Shown one piece after another: positions 57,637 to 64,000 of a stretch of 64,000 bases of DNA; positions within the stretch are counted from its first letter, which is position 1; the number at the start of each line of letters is the position of its first letter. The notes beneath the pieces are model-generated. The model worked only from the letters and a program-made list of their open reading frames with translations, was not told the DNA's origin and made no database searches. This DNA is from Planctomycetota bacterium (lineage in GTDB: Bacteria; Planctomycetota; Brocadiia; JAADGH01), in NCBI GenBank assembly GCA_040755855.1, contig JBFMAD010000003.1:64001-128000 (forward strand), in the 5' to 3' direction. Made by a program: the position numbers and the translations under genes.

Positions 57637-58491
57637 TCAGTCGGTGTATTTGTGCAGACTTGTCTGCGACGACGGGAGAATCCCGATCAGCTCGAAGGTG
57701 ATGAATATAGCGACGGCCCCGATGATGAGGAACCATGCCGAGCGCTGGCCGCGCCACGCCTTCTGCATCCGAAGGTGGAGGTAGAGAAGGTACACGATCC
57801 ACGTGATGAGCGACCAGACCTCTTTCGAGTCCCACCCCCAGTAGGTCCCCCACGCCTGCTCCGCCCACAGCGCCCCAAAGACAAGGCCCATCGTCAGGAA
57901 CGGGAAGCCGATGGACATTGTGCGGTAGGTGAACTGATCGAGATCGGAGAGAAACTCCTGCCGCTTCTGCGCGTCGTCGCCGCGGCGGAGGTGCATGATG
58001 ATGTAAAGCACGCTTGCGCACACCGCGACGAACAGCGCCCCGTAGCCGAAGAGATATACCGTCACATGGGGCCAGAACCACACGCTCTGCAGAGCGGGCG
58101 GGAGGAATGACTTGTAGGCATCGGACGTTACGGTGCGATAGAGGATGAATACCATAAAGATCGCCGTCAACGCGCCGAGCGAGTTGCCGATGATGGAATT
58201 GCGCCGCGTGTTTCGGAACAGCCCGCCGGCAAGATAGACGATCAAGAACCCCAGGGCGGTGCAGATGCCCGTGACGAGGTAGGCCTCGTATCGCGTGTGG
58301 AAGGGGGCGTGCTGCACGTCAATCGTTCGGGCGATCACCGCCGCGCCATTGGCCGCCATGCCCAGGAAGAACACGAAAGTCACGTATGGCGAGAGGTTTC
58401 TCGACCGGCGCATTAGCGCGGCCAAGTAGAGGACCGCCGACGCGAGATAAAAGGCGATGGACAGGTAATGGAAAAGCGCTGTCGTGTCCAT
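57637..58491 (-). CDS. ccsA: Cytochrome c biogenesis system II heme lyase CcsA
   Basis: WAEQAWGTYWGWDSKE (WWD domain), conserved His residues, SLHKY. Confidence 0.93.
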   Translation of the reverse strand: MDTTALFHYLSIAFYLASAVLYLAALMRRSRNLSPYVTFVFFLGMAANGAAVIARTIDVQHAPFHTRYEAYLVTGICTALGFLIVYLAGGLFRNTRRNSIIGNSLGALTAIFMVFILYRTVTSDAYKSFLPPALQSVWFWPHVTVYLFGYGALFVAVCASVLYIIMHLRRGDDAQKRQEFLSDLDQFTYRTMSIGFPFLTMGLVFGALWAEQAWGTYWGWDSKEVWSLITWIVYLLYLHLRMQKAWRGQRSAWFLIIGAVAIFITFELIGILPSSQTSLHKYTD

Positions 58492-58492
58492 G

Positions 58493-60748
58493 CTACGTTC
58501 CCTTCCTCAGCGCGGGCTTCACGTAGAACGCAAAGAGTATCCCGATCAACATAAGGACCGATCCGAACTGCGCCAGCCACGCGCCGGGCGCGCGCCGGAC
58601 CTTGATGCCCGTGTAGCGCGGCATCTCCTTTCGCGCGTCCTCCTGGTAGAAGGTAAATCCGCCATACGACAGGGGATGGTTCACCTCAATTACTTTTTCC
58701 GCCAACGTCTTCGGCGGATCGTCCTCGCTCTCGATCACCAGGTACGTCTTGTAGTCCAGAACGACATCGTCCTCATACTTCAGCGACACATATCCGGGTC
58801 GTTCATATTCGTCGGCGCGCGTGTCGTTCGCAAGGAGCATGGCGGTCTCCTCGAAGTCCTGCCTCTTGATGTGGAGTTTGACGGCCCCCTCGGACGGGTC
58901 GGTGAAGTAGCGTTCCACATCATCCGCCGCGGCCCCATCGTTTCCGTCGTAGGGCGCGACCCCGACAACATCCGCATCCAACGCGATGGCGGAGAGGAAT
59001 ACATTCGATCCGGGCTCGGACGTGTCGAGCGACTGACCCCTTTCCATCGGCCGCGGCCCGACGGCCTTCTTCCCGGCGATCTTCATCACGTTGACCGGCC
59101 CCTTGCCCGCGCCGTAGAGCAGGTATCTCGTCGTGTCGCGGGCTTCCCACGCCAGTGACATGAACAGCTCGCCGACTTGGTAGTGGTGCGGCGCCTTCGC
59201 CAACAGTTGCTTCTCCTCAGTCTTGCCGTCGGGCAGTGTCACCTTGAGGAGCGCGCCGGGGTTTTGCGCCTCCTGCTCGCCCAGTGGCTTGTGACTCTTT
59301 ACATCCACATTTCCCTGGCAGTCCAGGACCTCGATGGCATAGTCGCCGTGCTGGAACTTATCGCCTTTCTGGATGGGGCGAAGGGTGACGCGCTGGTCCG
59401 CCGTGACGGCGATCAAAAGGCACGGCGATTCGGCGGAAAAGCGAGCGACCTCCGCCTGCAGGTCGGACGGGCTGTCGAGCCATGCGAACTTGATGTGCAT
59501 CCGGTGCGGGATGCTGAGGTAGCGCTGGGACCGATCCCCCCGGGCGAACAGTTTGACGAACTTGGGTGAATCGCCGAGCTTCATCAGCAGTTCAACCGCC
59601 GGGTTCTTCGGCTCGTCGGACTTGGAGAGCAGGTCGTCCTTGAACACGGCATGGGGGAGGATGTCCTCCACGGTGATCGTCAGCCTGCCTTCGTCCAACA
59701 CGAGCCTCTCGCCTTTGCGGAGCCGATTGTAGGAACGGGATAGCACGATCGGACGGCTTGCTCCTGCCGTCCCAACATCGGCGAAGCTTATGGTTAGCGT
59801 CTTGCGGTATTCTGTCTTGAAATACTTGGCCTCGACGGCGAAGCCGAAGGGGACAGCGGTTCTTGCATGCTGATCCACGAAGGATGTGTATCGGTTCTGC
59901 GACTCCATGCCCACGATGAACGGCAGCATGCCCTTCTGTTCCCACATCCCGTCAATGCCCGCGCCGACGATGGCCAGGACGAGGCCCGTGTGCGTGAGGA
60001 GGAAGCCGGTCTGCGAGAACCGGAGCCGATACCGCGAGGCGGTGCAGGAAAGTGTGTTGACGAGGAGCAGCACGGCGAGCGCTCGGAACCACCAGGCCGA
60101 GTAGGCCCGGTCGAGCCGCGTGAAAACACAGACGCTGTAAATGAACTCGAATAAGCCCTGATTATTGTTGACGAATTCCTGGACCGCCTGCTGTTCTGCG
60201 TCCTGCTCGGTGGATTTGATGAACTCCTTCCGCTTTTCCCGCGCGTAGTCGGGACCGAATTTCTTCTCCAGTCGTCCCAGGTACTTGTCGTGCATCGGTT
60301 CGAGCGGCGCGACGTGATGCCGCGACGGATGGCAGATCTTATAGACAAACCGCGCCTGGGCGTTCAGATAGTTGTCATAGCGGGCCTGCCGGTCCTTCTC
60401 CTCCACGGGCAGTCTGCCAGGTTGTTGCAGAACGAAGGTGGAGGCAACGCACGCAAGGGCAAACAAGACCAGGAGAACAACGGCCAACTTGACGGACGTG
60501 AACAGCGAGACAATGGCGGCCGGCTTGATTGCGACAAGGACAATCCCCGCAAAGGCAAGAAGCGCGGCGACAACGATGACGGGAATCATGCTGTCGAACC
60601 GTTCGGAGCAGTGCTGCCCGACGATGAACAGCAGGACGAGCGCCAGGGCGAAGACGGCCGCGCTCAGAAACGACGGGGACCATTTCCCGGCAGGCGGTGT
60701 GGTCCCCGCGTCGCTCTGTTTGGGTTTTTCGTTGGCCGCGCCGTTCAC
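58493..60748 (-). CDS. ccsB: Cytochrome c biogenesis protein CcsB/ResB
   Basis: S.KLAV.LL, AYSAWWF, GFLLTHTG, IEVNHPLSYGGFTFYQ; adjacent to ccsA; GTG start overlaps the aspS stop. Confidence 0.85.
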   Translation of the reverse strand: MNGAANEKPKQSDAGTTPPAGKWSPSFLSAAVFALALVLLFIVGQHCSERFDSMIPVIVVAALLAFAGIVLVAIKPAAIVSLFTSVKLAVVLLVLFALACVASTFVLQQPGRLPVEEKDRQARYDNYLNAQARFVYKICHPSRHHVAPLEPMHDKYLGRLEKKFGPDYAREKRKEFIKSTEQDAEQQAVQEFVNNNQGLFEFIYSVCVFTRLDRAYSAWWFRALAVLLLVNTLSCTASRYRLRFSQTGFLLTHTGLVLAIVGAGIDGMWEQKGMLPFIVGMESQNRYTSFVDQHARTAVPFGFAVEAKYFKTEYRKTLTISFADVGTAGASRPIVLSRSYNRLRKGERLVLDEGRLTITVEDILPHAVFKDDLLSKSDEPKNPAVELLMKLGDSPKFVKLFARGDRSQRYLSIPHRMHIKFAWLDSPSDLQAEVARFSAESPCLLIAVTADQRVTLRPIQKGDKFQHGDYAIEVLDCQGNVDVKSHKPLGEQEAQNPGALLKVTLPDGKTEEKQLLAKAPHHYQVGELFMSLAWEARDTTRYLLYGAGKGPVNVMKIAGKKAVGPRPMERGQSLDTSEPGSNVFLSAIALDADVVGVAPYDGNDGAAADDVERYFTDPSEGAVKLHIKRQDFEETAMLLANDTRADEYERPGYVSLKYEDDVVLDYKTYLVIESEDDPPKTLAEKVIEVNHPLSYGGFTFYQEDARKEMPRYTGIKVRRAPGAWLAQFGSVLMLIGILFAFYVKPALRKGT

Positions 60749-62502
60749 GTGAGCTTGATACCGAGCTCCTTCAGTTGCGCATCGTCAACGGCCGACGGCG
60801 CGTCGGTCATCGGACATGCGCCCTTCTGTGTCTTCGGGAAGGCGATCACGTCGCGTATCGAATCCAGGCCGAGCATCAGCATGACGATCCGGTCCAGGCC
60901 GAGGGCTATGCCCCCGTGCGGGGGCGCGCCGTACTTCAGCGCGTCCAGCAGAAAGCCGAACTTCAAGCGGGCGCTTTCGTCGTTGATCTCCAAGAGGCGG
61001 AAGACCCTTTGCTGGACGGACTGGTCATGGATACGGATGCTCCCTCCGCCGATCTCCACGCCGTTCAGCACAATGTCATAGGCCCGGGCGCGGGCGGAGA
61101 GCGGATCGCTCTCCAGTTTGCCCAGGTCGTCCGGGGCGGGCGACGTGAAGGGGTGATGAAGAGGGTCGAGCCGGCCGGTCTCGGCGTTGCGCTCGAAGAG
61201 CGGGAAGTCCACGACCCAGCAGAATCGGAATTCACCTTCCTTCACCAGCCCGAGCTTCCTCCCGATATGGTTCCGCAGGGCGCCGAGCGACGGCGCTACC
61301 ACGTCCGGCTGATCCGCGACGAACATCAACAGGTCGCCGCTCGATGCGCCGAAGGTCTGGATCAGTTCCTTGTGCAGGTCCGGGCCGAAGAACTTGGCGA
61401 TCTGCGAGACGAGCTTCCCATCCTCCACCTTGAACCAGGCCAGCCCCTTCGCCCCGAAATCCGCGACATATGCGGTCAGATCGTTGATCTCCTTCAGCGA
61501 CATCGCCGCACCGCCCGGCGCGCAGAGGCCCTTCACCTGCCCGCCCTTTGCGAGGACGTTCTTGAATACCTTGAACTCGGATCGTTCCGCGATGGGGCCG
61601 ATGTCCTTCAGCTCCATGCCGAAGCGAAGGTCGGGCTTGTCGCTGCCGAAGCGGTCCATGGCCTCGCTATAAGGGAGACGCTGGATCGGCGTCTGCACCT
61701 TGACGCCCATCGCCTCGTCAAAGACGCGGGCGATGAGTCGGTCAATGATGGCGATGATGTCGTTCTCATCAACGAAGGACATCTCCATGTCCAGTTGCGT
61801 GAACTCCGGCTGCCGGTCGGCGCGGAGGTCCTCGTCGCGGAAGCATCGGACGATCTGGACATACTTGTCGAAACCCGACACCATAAGGATCTGCTTGAAG
61901 AGCTGTGGCGACTGCGGCAGCGCAAAGAATGTGTGCGGCGTGAGCCGGGACGGCACGAGGAAGTCGCGCGCACCTTCAGGGGTGCTCTTGGTGAGACATG
62001 GTGTCTCGACGTCAATGAAGCCGTTCTCATCGAAGTAACGGCGGATGATCTGGAAGACCTTGTGCCGGAAGATGAGGGCATGCTGCATCGGCCTGCGCCG
62101 CAGGTCCACAAAGCGGTACTTGAGACGCAGCTCGGGCGAGACATCGGCATCCTCGGCTACCTCGAAGGGGGGCGTCTCGGCGGCGTTCAGAACCTCCATC
62201 TCATTGACGAGCACCTCGATCTCCCCGGTGGCCAGTTTCGGGTTCGCTGTGCCTTCGGGACGGGGGCGGACCGATCCCCGCACCGCGATGACGTACTCCG
62301 GCCGCAGCTTCTTCGACTCGGCGTGGAGGTCACGATTGTGGTCCGGGTTGAAGACCACCTGCGTCAGGCCGTAGCGGTCGCGCAGGTCAACAAAGAGGGC
62401 GTTCGGGTGGTCGCGGTAGGTGTTGACCCATCCGCACAGGACGACTTCCCCGCCTATGTGGCTCGAACGCAACTCGCCGCACGTGTGTGTTCGTTTCAGC
62501 AT
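60745..62502 (-). CDS. aspS: Aspartate--tRNA ligase
   Basis: RTHTCGEL, LPQSPQLFKQ, FRDEDLRADRQPEF, GAPPHGG. Confidence 0.98.
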   Translation of the reverse strand: MLKRTHTCGELRSSHIGGEVVLCGWVNTYRDHPNALFVDLRDRYGLTQVVFNPDHNRDLHAESKKLRPEYVIAVRGSVRPRPEGTANPKLATGEIEVLVNEMEVLNAAETPPFEVAEDADVSPELRLKYRFVDLRRRPMQHALIFRHKVFQIIRRYFDENGFIDVETPCLTKSTPEGARDFLVPSRLTPHTFFALPQSPQLFKQILMVSGFDKYVQIVRCFRDEDLRADRQPEFTQLDMEMSFVDENDIIAIIDRLIARVFDEAMGVKVQTPIQRLPYSEAMDRFGSDKPDLRFGMELKDIGPIAERSEFKVFKNVLAKGGQVKGLCAPGGAAMSLKEINDLTAYVADFGAKGLAWFKVEDGKLVSQIAKFFGPDLHKELIQTFGASSGDLLMFVADQPDVVAPSLGALRNHIGRKLGLVKEGEFRFCWVVDFPLFERNAETGRLDPLHHPFTSPAPDDLGKLESDPLSARARAYDIVLNGVEIGGGSIRIHDQSVQQRVFRLLEINDESARLKFGFLLDALKYGAPPHGGIALGLDRIVMLMLGLDSIRDVIAFPKTQKGACPMTDAPSAVDDAQLKELGIKLT

Positions 62503-62530
62503 GTATGATACTCTCGATTCATTTTGGGAC

Positions 62531-62555
62531 GTAGCTGAACTCGCCAGAGTTCAGA
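62531..62555 (+). repeat. GTAG-type REP palindrome
   Basis: GTAGCTGAACTCGCCAGAGTTCAGA, exact reverse complement of 20392-20416. Confidence 0.85.
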
Positions 62556-62571
62556 CTGCATCCGCTTGTGG

Positions 62572-62591
62572 ATTCCCGCTTTCGCGGGAAT
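62572..62591. repeat. dRS3-like palindrome ATTCCC-N8-GGGAAT
   Basis: ATTCCCGCTTTCGCGGGAAT directly after the hisS stop. Confidence 0.7.
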
Positions 62592-62598
62592 GACGTTT

Positions 62599-63897
62599 CT
62601 ATCGTTTGGTTCCCTTCAGACACTCGATCAAACCCGCCTCATCAACGTCCGTCTCCTGGCCGGTGCTCATCTCCTTCAGCTTGAACCGGCCGGTCTCGCG
62701 CTCGTTGGCGCCGATCACGACGATGTGCTTCGCGTTGTCGCGGTTGGCCGCGCGCATCACCTTCTTCCAGTTCCTGCCCTCGTAATCGCTGTCGGCGGCG
62801 ACGCCCGCGCGCCGCAATTTTGATAAAAGCGAAAATGCGAACGGCCGGTCCTCGTCGCCGATCGGTATGACGAAGATCGTCGGGCCGGCGTCGAGACCGG
62901 GGCCCGCGGCGCATTGCTTCTCCAGCGCAAGCATCGTCGGCACGACGCCGATGGCGAACCCCACGCCGCCCGTCGGCGGGCCGCCGACCTCCTCCACCAG
63001 GCCGTCGTACCGCCCGCCGCCGCAGATGGCGTCTCGCGCACCAAGCGCCGGGTGGGCGATCTCGTAGATGGTCTTTGTGTAGTAGTCAAGTCCCCGCACC
63101 ATCCGGTCGTCCAGCGTATAGGCGAGGCCCTCCGCCTCAAGGCCATCTTTCACTTTTGCGAAATGCTCCCGACATTCCTCGTCCAGATGGTCCCGGATAC
63201 ACGGCGCGTCCGCCATCAGCGCCTTACAATTCTCCTCCTTGCAGTCGAGGACGCGGAAGACGTTTCGATCTATTCGCGCACGGCAGTTCTTGCAGATCTT
63301 GGCCTCGACGCTGCGGAGCGCCTCCCGCAGGACGGCGCGGTAGGCGGCTCGGCACTTCGGGCAGCCGAAGGAATTCAACTTGATCGTGAACCCGTCCAAT
63401 CCGATTTTGCGAAAGATTTCCGCCGCCAGAAGGATCGTCTCCACATCGGCCATCGGATCATAAGTCCCGATCACCTCCACGCCGATCTGGTCGAACTGGC
63501 GCATCCGCCCCGCCTGGGGGCGCTCGTGGCGGAAGATCGGCCCCATATAATAGAACTTCTGGAACTTCTTGCTCTTGAACAGGTTATGCTCCACGTAGGC
63601 CCGCATCACGCTCGCCGTCCCCTCGGGGCGCAGGGCGAAGGTCGTCTCGTCGCCCTGGGCGAGCGTGTACATCTCCTTCTCCACGATGTCCGTCGTGGCG
63701 CCGATGCCGCGGACGAACAGGCCGATGTCCTCGAAGATCGGGGTGCGGATTTCCTTGTACCCGAAGAGGTCGAAGGTCTCCCGCGCCGCATTCTCGATGC
63801 GTTGCTGTCGGGCCATCTTCTCGCCGAAGAGGTCCTCCGTGCCGCGCGGAGCGCGGACGATCTGAGGCGCCTGTGACTTGTTCGATGAATCGCTCAT
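62599..63897 (-). CDS. hisS: Histidine--tRNA ligase
   Basis: LRPEGTA, FRHERPQAGR, VRGLDYY, GGGRYDGL. Confidence 0.98.
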   Translation of the reverse strand: MSDSSNKSQAPQIVRAPRGTEDLFGEKMARQQRIENAARETFDLFGYKEIRTPIFEDIGLFVRGIGATTDIVEKEMYTLAQGDETTFALRPEGTASVMRAYVEHNLFKSKKFQKFYYMGPIFRHERPQAGRMRQFDQIGVEVIGTYDPMADVETILLAAEIFRKIGLDGFTIKLNSFGCPKCRAAYRAVLREALRSVEAKICKNCRARIDRNVFRVLDCKEENCKALMADAPCIRDHLDEECREHFAKVKDGLEAEGLAYTLDDRMVRGLDYYTKTIYEIAHPALGARDAICGGGRYDGLVEEVGGPPTGGVGFAIGVVPTMLALEKQCAAGPGLDAGPTIFVIPIGDEDRPFAFSLLSKLRRAGVAADSDYEGRNWKKVMRAANRDNAKHIVVIGANERETGRFKLKEMSTGQETDVDEAGLIECLKGTKR

Positions 63898-64000
63898 GTC
63901 TTCTTCTGCATATCCTTCAGCGTATCCCGCACGCGCTTCATGTCCTCCCACACCTGTCGCTTCCCGCCGGGATTGCGCAGGAGGTACGCCGGATGGAAGG
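63894..64000 (-). CDS. Uracil-DNA glycosylase family 4, C-terminal end (truncated by window)
   Basis: Own translation FHPAYLLRNPGGKRQVWEDMK...*; stop overlaps the hisS ATG (ATGA). Confidence 0.85.
   Translation of the reverse strand, partial: FHPAYLLRNPGGKRQVWEDMKRVRDTLKDMQKKT

Overview
GC-rich bacterial chromosomal window. A Planctomycetota-like, sugar-degrading organism is inferred from the gene content (sulfatases, HEAT lipoprotein, URO-D-fold paralogues, GTAG-type REPs), but this is not proven. Housekeeping genes are dnaK-clpB (with a sigma-54-type promoter), dtd, rsfS, hppA, recG, ccsA/ccsB, aspS, hisS and the end of a family-4 UDG. Around them lie many carbohydrate/amino-sugar catabolic genes, two very large secreted multidomain glycan-active proteins, two peptidoglycan amidases and an uncharacterised ABC module. 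Most notable points: (1) an HTH + dual-OB + 2x DUF488 module next to recG, a candidate nucleic-acid conflict or repair system; (2) two gap-free 218-bp copies of a nested-hairpin element with compensatory base changes; (3) a 130-bp MITE with 15-bp TIRs and a 5-bp TSD inserted in frame in a glycerate kinase gene; (4) several REP-like palindrome families; (5) strong avoidance of RTCGAY in codon pairs. No rRNA, tRNA, CRISPR array or transposase was recognised. All product calls come from motif recognition by eye, not database searches.
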